Positions 1-9,098 of a stretch of DNA of 32,849 bases are shown piece after piece. The DNA comes from Actinomycetota bacterium. Lineage in GTDB: Bacteria > Actinomycetota > Actinomycetes > Nanopelagicales > Nanopelagicaceae. How positions within the stretch are numbered: position 1 is the stretch's first letter; each line of letters opens with the position of its first letter. Under the pieces are notes generated by a model. That model saw only the letters and a program-made list of their open reading frames with translations, made no database searches and was not told the DNA's origin. A program made the position numbers and the translations under genes. The DNA is taken from positions 1 through 32,849 of the forward strand of contig WLED01000001.1 in assembly GCA_009704445.1 (NCBI GenBank), given 5' to 3'.

Positions 1-510
1 GCAACTGGAGATAAACTTTCAACGTTAGCCTTAATTGGAATATTTGTTGCGCTAGCGGGAGTTTTTTGTGCAAGTGGGCCTGAGCTATCACAAAGAATGC
101 CGATAAAACCGTTATTGCTTGCTTTAGGAGCCGCAGCCGGTTTTGGAGTTTCACTGACTTTCATGGCCATTGGTTCTGAATCAAGTGCATTGTTAACTAT
201 GGTATCTATGCGCGGAGCCACGTTCTTTGTAACTATTGCTATTGCATTGAAATTTAGAACTACAGGAAAGTTTGAGAGGAGTGATCTGCCGCTTCTAATT
301 TTTATTGGTGCTGCGGATTTTATGGCAAATCTCCTTCTGGGTGTGGCAACGACAAAGGGCTTGGTTTCAGTGGCGATGGTCTTTGGTTCTCTTTTTCCAA
401 TCGCAACCGCCCTCCTTGCTTTCAAGTTACTCAATGAGCGACTTCATAAAGTTCAATACATTGGTATTGGTTTAGCCGTAACCGGTGTCTCTCTTATCTC
501 TGCTTTCTAG
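1..510 (+). CDS. EamA/DMT family transporter, 5'-truncated by the window edge
   Basis: Frame is open from base 1 (ATGDKLSTLALIGIFVALAGVF...), upstream of the ORF-track Met at 97. Multiple TM helices and a DMT-like end 'SLFPIATALLAFKLLNERL...GIGLAVTGV'. Confidence 0.85.
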   Translation, partial: ATGDKLSTLALIGIFVALAGVFCASGPELSQRMPIKPLLLALGAAAGFGVSLTFMAIGSESSALLTMVSMRGATFFVTIAIALKFRTTGKFERSDLPLLIFIGAADFMANLLLGVATTKGLVSVAMVFGSLFPIATALLAFKLLNERLHKVQYIGIGLAVTGVSLISAF

Positions 511-548
511 CATTTTTGACCAGTTTCGGTCGCTATTTAGATCGCTCT

Positions 549-1040
549 TTAATTAGAAGCAGAAAAGAATTGCGTATCCTCAATCTGCTTCATCTCAATG
601 TTCTTAAACTGAGACAAGAGGTATTGCCAGTCAATCAAGTTTTCACCGCCAGTTACCTGGGTCCTACTCAGTTCTAGCTGATCGATTCTTTGGTTATCGA
701 CTAACTCCATAATCATTTGTACTCCGCCCTCAATGAGGATGTTGTGGCCGAATAGTGTGCGAGCTTGATCAATAGCTTTACCAGGTGAGCAGTTCCACAC
801 GTGAGCTTTCTCATTTTTTGGAAGGGGATTTGTCGAACTTCTGGAACAAACAATCAGCGGAACAGGCGTGAATGAATAAGGTTCATTTCGAGCGGTATTA
901 CCACCAATAATGATTACATCTACGTTGCGTCGGCGCGCAAGAAATAATGCACGATCAGCAACTGAGCTAACGTTCTTGGAGGTGGCGTCCTTAGTTGTCG
1001 ATCCATCTTGACCAACTACAAGTGTTGCAATCGTGCTCAT
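549..1040 (-). CDS. Dihydrofolate reductase / RibD C-terminal-like reductase
   Basis: N-terminal 'VVGQDG', 'DVIIIGGNTAR' and 'ILIEGG...DQLEL' motifs of the DHFR/RibD_C fold. Confidence 0.75.
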   Translation of the reverse strand: MSTIATLVVGQDGSTTKDATSKNVSSVADRALFLARRRNVDVIIIGGNTARNEPYSFTPVPLIVCSRSSTNPLPKNEKAHVWNCSPGKAIDQARTLFGHNILIEGGVQMIMELVDNQRIDQLELSRTQVTGGENLIDWQYLLSQFKNIEMKQIEDTQFFSASN

Positions 1041-1140
1041 TGGCTAATTATCACCCAATATGGATAAGAACCGTGTAGAAGGGATAAAGAAGCTATCAAT
1101 TAGTTGAACAAGAAGCCATGACAGAGTTAGCCTTGCGCAC

Positions 1141-2289
1141 ATGTTCAGTGATGGCGATGTAGTTCTCTTTGTCACCAATGATTTTGGTCCCCGAGCTGGT
1201 GGTATTGAAACCTTTGTTATCGGATTGATCGAGCGAAGACCATTTGCGAGCACCATCGTATACACATCATCGCAGGGGGATTCACGGGATTATGATGATC
1301 AATGGATGCACAAATATGGAGTACAAGTCATTAGAGATCCAGCAAAAATATTGCTACCAACACCAAATGTAGCGCGCAGAATCTCAAAATTGATCAAAGC
1401 CAAGAAAATCCAAGTTGTCGCCTTTGGTGCAGCTGCACCGTTAGGACTTCTGGCTGCCTCAATGAAACGTTCTGGTGTAGTTCGCATAGTTGCTCTTACT
1501 CACGGGCATGAAGTGTGGTGGGCAAAAGTGTTTCCCTTTAATTTACTGCTTCGTAGAATTGGAAAAGGTGTTGACTCACTGACATATTTGGGCGAGTACA
1601 CACGCAGTGTGATTTCACGACCGCTTACACAGTCGTCAAAAAACTCAATGGTAAGAATCGCTCCAGGAATAGATACCGAGCATTTCTCTCCAAGAAATTC
1701 TGAAAATATTCGAAGAGCTTTGAAGTTAGAGGACAAGAAAGTAGTTGTCTGCGTGGCTCGACTAGTTCATCGCAAAGGCCAGGATCGACTCATAGAAGCC
1801 ATGCCACTGGTATTGAAAGAAGTTTCAGATGCTCATCTACTCATAGTTGGTCAAGGACCATACCAACAGAAACTAGTAGAGAAAGTAAGGCAGTTAAATC
1901 TTGAAGAGCACGTGACATTTGCTGGACGGATAAGTTATGAACAATTGCCAGAGTACATATGTGCTGGAGATTTGTTTGCAATGCCATCACGCTCTCGTTT
2001 TGCGGGTTTGGAAGTTGAAGGACTAGGAATTGCATATTTGGAAGCAAGTGCATGTGGACTACCCGTGATTGCAGGAACATCTGGCGGTGCACCAGATGCA
2101 GTTGAAGATGGAAAAACTGGTGTAGTCGTCGACGGTATTGATACAAAATCCATTGCTCAAGCCGTGATTAAATTTCTCAAAGACCCTGAAGGTTCTAAAC
2201 GAATGGGATCGTATGGGCGAACATGGGTTAATGAAAAGTGGAGATGGCAGATTTGGTCAGAGGCTTTCGAGCGTTTACTGAAGAAGTAA
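1141..2289 (+). CDS. GT4 glycosyltransferase (PimB'-like, putative phosphatidylinositol mannoside mannosyltransferase)
   Basis: 'VTNDFGPRAGGIETF', 'HGHE', 'RLVHRKGQD' and 'EGLGIAYLEASACGLPV' are GT-B/GT4 signatures of actinobacterial PimB-like enzymes. Confidence 0.85.
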   Translation: MFSDGDVVLFVTNDFGPRAGGIETFVIGLIERRPFASTIVYTSSQGDSRDYDDQWMHKYGVQVIRDPAKILLPTPNVARRISKLIKAKKIQVVAFGAAAPLGLLAASMKRSGVVRIVALTHGHEVWWAKVFPFNLLLRRIGKGVDSLTYLGEYTRSVISRPLTQSSKNSMVRIAPGIDTEHFSPRNSENIRRALKLEDKKVVVCVARLVHRKGQDRLIEAMPLVLKEVSDAHLLIVGQGPYQQKLVEKVRQLNLEEHVTFAGRISYEQLPEYICAGDLFAMPSRSRFAGLEVEGLGIAYLEASACGLPVIAGTSGGAPDAVEDGKTGVVVDGIDTKSIAQAVIKFLKDPEGSKRMGSYGRTWVNEKWRWQIWSEAFERLLKK

Positions 2290-2883
2290 CCCATTCTCCC
2301 GTGCGCAAATGATGGCACTAATTCGGTTATCTACATCGAGTTTTCGAAAAATCGAAGTAATATGAGACTTTATCGTTGACTGACTCAGAAATAGCTGCTG
2401 AGCAATCTCTTGATTACTTAAACCAAGTGAAATCCTTTTTAGGACATCAAACTCTCTCGCTGTTAGCAACGGACCAGAAGATTTTGCCAGCAACTCTGAT
2501 CCTTTCACTGAAAAAGATGAGGGAGAAGAGATGCAATGCTCGATTGCAGCAACTATTTCAGAGACAGGAGCATTTTTTACAACAAAACTATTCGCACCGG
2601 CTTTCAATGCTGCTGTTACGAACTCGGCTCCAGAATTGAGAGTCAGAACTACTATTCCCATCTTTTTGGATATTGATCGAACCCACTGAACTATCTCAAA
2701 CCCAGAACCATCAGGAAGGTTAAGGTCTAGAACGACAACATCGGGATTGGTATGTGCGATTTGTGCCAACGCTTCGGCAACAGTGGCTGCAGATCCAACA
2801 ACTTCGAAGTTGGCTATGGAAAAAGCGCTAGCCAATCCAGATCGAACTACGGCGTGATCATCAACTATCAGAACTCGAATCAT
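2275..2883 (-). CDS. NarL/FixJ-family response regulator (REC + LuxR HTH)
   Basis: 'LIVDDH', phospho-acceptor 'VLDLNLPDG', conserved Thr/Lys, and HTH 'LTAREFDVL...GLSNQEIAQQLFLSQSTIKSH'. Confidence 0.95.
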   Translation of the reverse strand: MIRVLIVDDHAVVRSGLASAFSIANFEVVGSAATVAEALAQIAHTNPDVVVLDLNLPDGSGFEIVQWVRSISKKMGIVVLTLNSGAEFVTAALKAGANSFVVKNAPVSEIVAAIEHCISSPSSFSVKGSELLAKSSGPLLTAREFDVLKRISLGLSNQEIAQQLFLSQSTIKSHITSIFRKLDVDNRISAIICARENGLLLQ

Positions 2884-3352
2884 TTGTATCCAATGGGATT
2901 GTTACAACAATTTTCGTCCCATTCTGATCCGATTCAATAAGGGTTTCCCCACGCAAATTTTTCACGCGTTCCTGTATTCCAACTAATCCAAAAGAGCCAT
3001 CTTTAACGGTTGCTCCGCCAATTCCATTGTCAGTGACAGTTATTGATAAGGAAGTAGCTCTCGAATGCTCTTCTACGTTGCGCAAAATCTCGTTAAACAC
3101 ACGATTGAGTTCAAATGTAATGTGAGTAGTTGAGTTAATTGAATAGGAGGGCAATTTCCTTAGTCTGTGTATTTCAACTCTGACTTTCTCAATTAATTCA
3201 GTAATTTCAAATCTGACTGCTCGTAATTCTGACCGTGTATCAGAATCACTATTGTGAGAAATCGCATTATCAATAGAAAAGCCCAGGCCAACTAAGTCCT
3301 GGGCAATTCCATCGTGCAACTCTTGAGAAAGAGTTACAAACTCATTTTTCAC
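2861..3352 (-). CDS. Minimal HisKA_3-type histidine kinase with no sensor or TM domain
   Basis: H-box 'ELHDGIAQ', N-box 'NEILRNVEEHS', G1 'DNGIG', G2 'GSFGLVGIQERV' and 'GTKI'. GTG start overlaps the upstream TGA (GTGA). Confidence 0.8.
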   Translation of the reverse strand: MKNEFVTLSQELHDGIAQDLVGLGFSIDNAISHNSDSDTRSELRAVRFEITELIEKVRVEIHRLRKLPSYSINSTTHITFELNRVFNEILRNVEEHSRATSLSITVTDNGIGGATVKDGSFGLVGIQERVKNLRGETLIESDQNGTKIVVTIPLDTNDSSSDS

Positions 3353-5139
3353 GTTGCAAATAATGCTTCAATGTCTTTTGCAAACTCCTTGGCTACGACA
3401 TGTCGCTTTACGGAAAGTTTTGCAGTTAAGTGTCCGCCAGCAATGGTGAAATCCGTTGGCAGGATCGTAAATTTACGAATTGATTCGGCGCGACTTACTG
3501 CCTTATTTGCTTCATCAACTGCAGTTTGAATTGCTGCAACTAGATCTGGATCATTGACTAGATCTGGAATCGTTGCGCCATCTTTCTTGTTGTTAGTTAT
3601 CCAAGCTTTGATTGCATCTGGATCGATAGTCACAAGGGCTGCGATAAATGGTTGGTTGTCACCCACAACCAAGCACTGGCTCACCAACGGATGAGAACGT
3701 AGTCGATCTTCTAGAACAGCAGGTGCAACATTCTTTCCACCTGCTGTAACAATGATTTCTTTCTTTCTACCAACTATGTATAGGAAGCCTTCATCATCTA
3801 GTTTTCCTAAGTCACCAGTTTGGAACCAACGTTCAGAGTTAAATACTTCTGCGTTGGCTGCTTCATTTTGCCAGTAACCATCCATGACAATTGGACCGCG
3901 AATCAATACTTCGCCATCTTCAGCGATCTTGATAGATGTACCTGGGATTGGTCTACCAACTGAGCCGACTCGATGCGCTCCGTACAAATTCAAAGTTGCT
4001 CCTGCGGTCGTCTCAGTTAATCCGTAGCCCTCAAGAATCGTTACACCGATACCGCGATAGAAGTGGCCTAGGCGAACACCAAGGGGTGCTCCACCAGAGA
4101 TTGCTGCCTCAACTTTTCCACCCATACCGTGTCTGATCTTGCTGTAAACAAGTTTGTCGAAGAGGCCATGCTTTAACTTTAGGATTGGAGAGACTGATTT
4201 CTTATCAAGTGCCTCTGAGTACGCGATTGCGACCGCTGCTGCTTTTCTAAAGATATTTCCTTTTCCAGCAGCCTCTGCTTTTGCCTCTGCGCCATTGTAA
4301 ATTTTCTCAAAAATACGCGGAACAGCGAGAACAAATGTTGGCTTAAAGGAAGCAAGGTCCATTGGCAATCGGCCCACTGGATCACTGCAATGAGCTAAGT
4401 GAAGTCCAGCAGTGATCGATCCAATTTGAACCATGCGACCAAACACGTGAGCTACTGGAAGAAATAGGAGTGTGGAACCTCCAGGCTTCAAGAAGAGCTC
4501 GCTTGCACCTTGCACAACGTTTCCGCACTCTGCGTGGAAATTTCCATGCGTTAACTGAACGCCCTTTGGTTTTCCAGTTGTTCCAGATGTGTAAATCAAA
4601 GTTGCAAGAGTGCTTGGAACTAATGCGCTACGACGACGATCAACCTCTTCATCACTTATGTTCTTTCCTGCCTCACGCAAAACTGAAAGCACATCATCGG
4701 TCATTGTCCATACATTTTTTGTATGTGAAGGCAAAACTGACTGCACTAATTCGCGCATAGCTGGGGTTTCTACAACGATTGCAACAGAGTGTGAATCGTT
4801 AAGAATCCAGTCAATCTGTTCAGCAGATGATGTATCAAAAATTGGAACAACCACTCCGCCTGCAAACCAGGTTGCAAAATCTAAAATAGTCCACTCATAA
4901 CGTGTGCGAGCCATGATCGCTACGCGATCACCAATCTGAATACCACTAGCAATTAAACCCTTAGCGGTTGCTCGAATCTCTTCTTCAACCTCTTTTGCAG
5001 TAACTGGCTGCCATCCCTCACCAAGTGGTCGGGACATCGTTACGCGCTCTGGCTCAAACCATGCGCGTTCAGTGATTAGATTTGTGAGATTTCCTGCAGT
5101 AGAGGCAGGAACAAGTGCCGGGACTGTGATTTCATTCAT
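3349..5139 (-). CDS. fadD: Long-chain fatty acid-CoA ligase (AMP-dependent synthetase)
   Basis: AMP-binding 'IYTSGTTGKPKG', 'EGYGLTET', 'TGDLG' and 'GRKKEIIVTAGGKNVAP'. Confidence 0.93.
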   Translation of the reverse strand: MNEITVPALVPASTAGNLTNLITERAWFEPERVTMSRPLGEGWQPVTAKEVEEEIRATAKGLIASGIQIGDRVAIMARTRYEWTILDFATWFAGGVVVPIFDTSSAEQIDWILNDSHSVAIVVETPAMRELVQSVLPSHTKNVWTMTDDVLSVLREAGKNISDEEVDRRRSALVPSTLATLIYTSGTTGKPKGVQLTHGNFHAECGNVVQGASELFLKPGGSTLLFLPVAHVFGRMVQIGSITAGLHLAHCSDPVGRLPMDLASFKPTFVLAVPRIFEKIYNGAEAKAEAAGKGNIFRKAAAVAIAYSEALDKKSVSPILKLKHGLFDKLVYSKIRHGMGGKVEAAISGGAPLGVRLGHFYRGIGVTILEGYGLTETTAGATLNLYGAHRVGSVGRPIPGTSIKIAEDGEVLIRGPIVMDGYWQNEAANAEVFNSERWFQTGDLGKLDDEGFLYIVGRKKEIIVTAGGKNVAPAVLEDRLRSHPLVSQCLVVGDNQPFIAALVTIDPDAIKAWITNNKKDGATIPDLVNDPDLVAAIQTAVDEANKAVSRAESIRKFTILPTDFTIAGGHLTAKLSVKRHVVAKEFAKDIEALFAT

Positions 5140-5192
5140 GGGCCAACGCTAGCGTGACATACAAGAAAAGGGGAAGAGGGTAGCCTTCTCCC

Positions 5193-5630
5193 ATGAGCGA
5201 ATTCAGTAAATCCACAGTAATAATCGAAGCACCTATCGCGGATATTCAAAAGACCCTCTCGGAGCTAGACAAGTACCCCGATTGGTCAACGCAGATTAAA
5301 TCTGCCGAAAGCCTTGCAACTGATGATCAAGGTCGCATAACAAAAATAAAGATGAGCATTGATGCTGGAATGATGAAGGATCGCGTTGTTCTAGATTATG
5401 ACTGGAGTCAGGCTCCGGAGAAGATTATCTTTTCGCTTGAGGAAGCAGACCTACTGACCAGTATGGATGGTGCTTACACATTCAAGAGCATCGATGCGGA
5501 GACAACGGAAGTTACCTATGAGTTAGGTGTTTCTCTTTCAATGTCGATTCCAGACATGATGAGAAAAAAAGCTGAAAAGGCAACTATTGATGCTGCCCTT
5601 TCTCAACTTAAATCGCATCTAGAGGGCTAA
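5193..5630 (+). CDS. SRPBCC (polyketide cyclase/dehydrase-like) protein
   Basis: 'IIEAPIADI...YPDW' and 'MDGAYTF...TEVTYEL' pattern. Lies next to a ROK glucokinase, as is typical in actinobacteria. Confidence 0.8.
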   Translation: MSEFSKSTVIIEAPIADIQKTLSELDKYPDWSTQIKSAESLATDDQGRITKIKMSIDAGMMKDRVVLDYDWSQAPEKIIFSLEEADLLTSMDGAYTFKSIDAETTEVTYELGVSLSMSIPDMMRKKAEKATIDAALSQLKSHLEG

Positions 5631-5634
5631 GTTA

Positions 5635-6579
5635 ATGAGCTTGTCGATTGGCATCGATGTCGGTGGAACAAAAGTTCTCGGCGGAGTTGTCGACGATAAG
5701 GGTGAAGTTCTTGCGCGAGCAAGAAAAGATACGCCGCGGCAGGGTGGAACAGCTCTCACTCAAACGATCGCCGAAACTGTTAAAGAGTTAATGGCAGATC
5801 ACAAGGTTGAAACCGTCGGCGTAAGTGCTGCCGGGTTTGTTTCATCGGATAGAAAAACCATGTTAGCCACACCAAACATCGCTGATTGGAATGATGTTGA
5901 TTTAGATTCTCAATTGAAATCATTGATCGGCTTGCCTGTAGTGATTGAAAATGATGCGAATGCTGCAGCTTGGGGTGAAGCAAAATTTGGTGCCGGACGC
6001 AATCAAAACCACATGATGATGCTTACTGTTGGCACAGGGATAGGTGGCGGAATCGTTGTCGATGGTCAGTTGTATAGAGGTGCATTTGGCATCGCTGCAG
6101 AGTTTGGCCACATGCGAGTTGTACCTGAAGGACACATCTGTGGATGTGGCGCCAGGGGATGTTTTGAACAATATGCATCTGGAAATGCATTACTTCGACA
6201 TGCACGTGAAGCAATTAATGCAAGTCCTGAAGTAGCAAGAAATCTACTCTCTAGAGGCGATGGAACTGTTGCAGGTTTGACTGGTCAGATTATTACCCAA
6301 GCTGCACAAGAGGCAGATCCAATTGCACTAGCTGCCTTTAACACAACAGGGCAATGGCTCGGTGCTGGAATAGCATCCCTTGCAGTTTTATTAGATCCTG
6401 CTTGTGTTGTGATTGGTGGAGGAGTTATCGATGCCGGTGAGATTTTGTTGGCACCAACACGTGAATCATTAGAGCGAACAATGCCCTTTGCAGGAAAACA
6501 TCCCTATCCTGTTTTGATCGCTGCAGAATTAGGTAATGATGCAGGGCTGGTAGGAGTTGCGGATCTTGCACGAGAGTAG
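5635..6579 (+). CDS. glkA: ROK-family glucokinase
   Basis: 'GIDVGGTK', 'ENDANAAAWGE', 'GTGIGGG' and Zn motif 'EFGH...CGCGARGCFE'. Confidence 0.92.
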   Translation: MSLSIGIDVGGTKVLGGVVDDKGEVLARARKDTPRQGGTALTQTIAETVKELMADHKVETVGVSAAGFVSSDRKTMLATPNIADWNDVDLDSQLKSLIGLPVVIENDANAAAWGEAKFGAGRNQNHMMMLTVGTGIGGGIVVDGQLYRGAFGIAAEFGHMRVVPEGHICGCGARGCFEQYASGNALLRHAREAINASPEVARNLLSRGDGTVAGLTGQIITQAAQEADPIALAAFNTTGQWLGAGIASLAVLLDPACVVIGGGVIDAGEILLAPTRESLERTMPFAGKHPYPVLIAAELGNDAGLVGVADLARE

Positions 6580-6619
6580 CCATAAAAATTTTGTCATTAG
6601 GTAAAATCGATTAATGAAG

Positions 6620-6919
6620 TTACAGATTCACGCCATCGTCTTCTCGATACGGACGATTAAACCAACGCTTGATTGCAATTTTTGCTAGACGGAATTGTTC
6701 AAACAGATTGGCACGCGGAGGAATAGGCTGAGAAAAACCATCTTCATCGTTCTGACCAGCACCACCAAATTTTTCTAATCTCTCTGCATTTTCTAGATCA
6801 TCCAGATAAGTATTTGGTGTTGACTCATCTAGGGACAGTCCTGAAACAATCGAGTCAAACTCGGAACGGATCAGTTCCTCATCGTCGAACTCATCAGGGC
6901 TTTTTCCATGCTCATTCAC
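6620..6919 (-). CDS. Small acidic hypothetical protein
   Basis: Fills the gap between glucokinase and plsC. Asp/Glu-rich, with 'EFDSIVSGL' and a C-terminal 'DDGVNL' reminiscent of actinobacterial hypothetical proteins at this locus. Confidence 0.6.
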   Translation of the reverse strand: MNEHGKSPDEFDDEELIRSEFDSIVSGLSLDESTPNTYLDDLENAERLEKFGGAGQNDEDGFSQPIPPRANLFEQFRLAKIAIKRWFNRPYREDDGVNL

Positions 6920-6963
6920 CCTCTGATGGTGTCATAACCGGCAATAGACAGTAAATTGACCCC

Positions 6964-7656
6964 GTGCTGAACAACTTGCCATATGGAGCCTTGCGAGCAT
7001 TTTTGACGCCCTTCCTCATGCTGGCGTTTCGACCTAAGGTTCGCGGTCTCCGAAATGTTCCGGCAAAGGGCCCGCTGATCATCGCTTCTAATCACCTTTC
7101 ATTTAGTGATTCGATCTTTATGCCGATGGTTGTTCCGCGCAAAGTTACTTTCCTAGCCAAGAGTGAGTACTTCACTTCACCTGGCCCAAAAGGCTTATTA
7201 AAGAAATTAACCTTCATTGCCTTAGGCCAAGTTCCCGTCGATCGCTCAGGAGGCCGTCGCAGTGAAGCTGCACTGATAACGGGACTTAAAGTTTTATCAG
7301 ATGGGGCCTGTTTAGGAATCTATCCAGAAGGAACAAGATCTCCCGATGGTCGACTGTACAAAGCTCGTACAGGAATTGCACGCCTTGCAATTGAATCAGG
7401 TGCACCTGTTGTTCCAGTTGCGATGTTTGATACCGACAAGATTCAACCAACAGGTCAAGTTGTGCCAAATGTAAAAAGAGTGGGGATGAGCTTTGGAGAG
7501 CCGATGTACTTTGAAGGTGACCCAACAGATTTAGAACACTTAAGAGATGTAGCAGACACAATTATGCGAGCAATTGGTCAGCTATCTGGGCAAGAGTATG
7601 TTGATACATACGCCCCCAAAAAAGCCAGAGTTGAAAAAGCCGAAGACGAGGATTAA
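6964..7656 (+). CDS. plsC: 1-acyl-sn-glycerol-3-phosphate acyltransferase
   Basis: 'NHLSFSD' (HX4D), 'FLAKSEYF', 'VPVDR' and 'YPEGTRSPDG'. Confidence 0.9.
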   Translation: MLNNLPYGALRAFLTPFLMLAFRPKVRGLRNVPAKGPLIIASNHLSFSDSIFMPMVVPRKVTFLAKSEYFTSPGPKGLLKKLTFIALGQVPVDRSGGRRSEAALITGLKVLSDGACLGIYPEGTRSPDGRLYKARTGIARLAIESGAPVVPVAMFDTDKIQPTGQVVPNVKRVGMSFGEPMYFEGDPTDLEHLRDVADTIMRAIGQLSGQEYVDTYAPKKARVEKAEDED

Positions 7657-7691
7657 TCCAGCTCGTTAAAATGCAACATATAAAATCACTG

Positions 7692-8384
7692 TTAATTCAG
7701 CGCATTACGAGCAACTAGATAGTTACAGGTTGCACACTCTGCACCAGCATCAGGAAGATCCCCTTCGAGTACAGTTATAAACTCACCGATTACCTTTAAG
7801 AAATTTTCCTGATCTCTTTCAACTGGGATGTATTTTTGAAATACTCCAAAACCATAATCATCGACTGAGGAGCCGATTGCATGAGTTGGCTTCCAAACGA
7901 GCAATCCCATCGAAGCCACCGTCTGTCCTTTACCAGCTGCTGGATTTTCCAAAGAGTATGCATAAGCCTCAAGTTGGGGAGAGTAGAACTGGCCCGTATC
8001 TCTTTGACTGTCGGAAACTTTGCAGTCGATTAGGCCGATCGTCCCATCCTCATTTGTTGAAACAAGATCGTATTTACCCAAAATCCTCCAACGAGTTTCA
8101 ACTCCATTAACGACAAGGGGCTTACTTTTCACCCATTCACCCCACTTGGAGACTTTTCCAGGTCGAAGAGAAGGATCGATCGTTGGCATATCAGCCCCTT
8201 GAAAATGCTCTTCTTGAAGAGCTGCCATCGTTCCGACTAATGGAAAAGCCCCAGGCATAATCACTTTGTACCAATACTTGATCCACAGACATCTTTTGCA
8301 GGTAGATAGGCCGAATGTCAGGTCTGAGGGGGAGATGTTCTCGCGGGCGGGCTTTGCAGGTTTGATCATGGCCTTATTCTCCAC
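7692..8384 (-). CDS. PD-(D/E)XK nuclease, Cas4/RecB-like, with two CxxC pairs (start may be ATG at 8369)
   Basis: 'ISPSDL...CKRC', catalytic 'GKYD...LIDCK', RecB-type 'QLEAY' (QxxxY) and C-terminal 'CATC'. Confidence 0.8.
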   Translation of the reverse strand: MENKAMIKPAKPARENISPSDLTFGLSTCKRCLWIKYWYKVIMPGAFPLVGTMAALQEEHFQGADMPTIDPSLRPGKVSKWGEWVKSKPLVVNGVETRWRILGKYDLVSTNEDGTIGLIDCKVSDSQRDTGQFYSPQLEAYAYSLENPAAGKGQTVASMGLLVWKPTHAIGSSVDDYGFGVFQKYIPVERDQENFLKVIGEFITVLEGDLPDAGAECATCNYLVARNALN

Positions 8385-8440
8385 GCATCCACTGACATGG
8401 CCGAAAAGGCGGGAGGTTTAGCCCTTCGGGCGCGCCCAAG

Positions 8441-8470
8441 TTGCCTTGTACGCCTATATCCGATTAGATT
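8441..8470 (+). promoter_or_regulatory. Putative housekeeping promoter of padR-ino1 (TTGCCT-N18-TAGATT)
   Basis: -35-like TTGCCT at 8441-8446 and TANNNT -10 TAGATT at 8465-8470. Confidence 0.5.
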
Positions 8471-8478
8471 CTCTATCG

Positions 8479-8497
8479 ATGTATCCATTCGATACAT
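8479..8497. promoter_or_regulatory. Palindromic operator ATGTATC-N5-GATACAT, likely the PadR autoregulatory site
   Basis: Perfect 7-bp inverted repeat just downstream of the predicted -10 and upstream of padR. Confidence 0.65.
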
Positions 8498-8566
8498 TCA
8501 ACGGAATAGATCTTGGGCTACCCAGCTCAGCGGTTAAGAGTCACACAAAGGGAGAGGAAGGTTCTA

Positions 8567-9097
8567 ATGCGCTCACGTTCTGAGTCTCTCGAATTCGCCC
8601 TCCTTGGACTGCTTTCACAAACTCCTCTCCATGGCTATGAACTGCGCAAGAGAATGGGCGCAATCTTTGGACCTTTTCGAGCCCTTTCATTCTCCGTTCT
8701 TTATCCCCAATTGCGCCGCATGATGGAAGCTGGATTGATTGAAGAGTCAACCGTTGAATCAACAACTCGCCGATCGCGCATTGTTTATGCGATTACCGAT
8801 CTTGGCGCTCGCAAGTTTGCAACTTTAACTGAGTCAGTCACACCTGAGACGTGGGAAGACGAAGGATTTGAAATTCGTTTTGCATTTTTTGGACCAACCT
8901 CTGCGAAGAACAGAGTCAGAATTCTTGAGGGACGTCATCGTCGCCTCAAGGAGAAAGCAGAAATCCTTCGTGGTGAACTCGAGAAGTCACCCGTGGGTAT
9001 CGATAAATATCTAGAGGAGTGGCGACGTCACTCACTGGAATCAGCCGACAGAGAGATCGCTTGGCTGGAAGACATGATCAAAACCGAGAGGAAATAA
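8567..9097 (+). CDS. PadR-family transcriptional regulator
   Basis: 'LLGLL...PLHGYEL...VLYPQLRRM...GLI...[10 protein letters not shown]'. ATG at 8567 follows a purine-rich SD (GGAGAGGAAGG), so it is preferred over TTG at 8513. Directly upstream of ino1. Confidence 0.9.
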   Translation: MRSRSESLEFALLGLLSQTPLHGYELRKRMGAIFGPFRALSFSVLYPQLRRMMEAGLIEESTVESTTRRSRIVYAITDLGARKFATLTESVTPETWEDEGFEIRFAFFGPTSAKNRVRILEGRHRRLKEKAEILRGELEKSPVGIDKYLEEWRRHSLESADREIAWLEDMIKTERK

Positions 9098-9098
9098 A

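Noticed and set aside
7692-8384. cas4 of a CRISPR-Cas system
   Set aside because: No array or other cas genes in the window, and the Cys spacing differs from canonical Cas4.
8399-8437. GC-rich mini-hairpins (GCCC-TTC-GGGC, GGGCGCGCCC) as an ncRNA or terminator
   Set aside because: Stems of only 3-5 bp, no U-tract, and located in a divergent promoter region.
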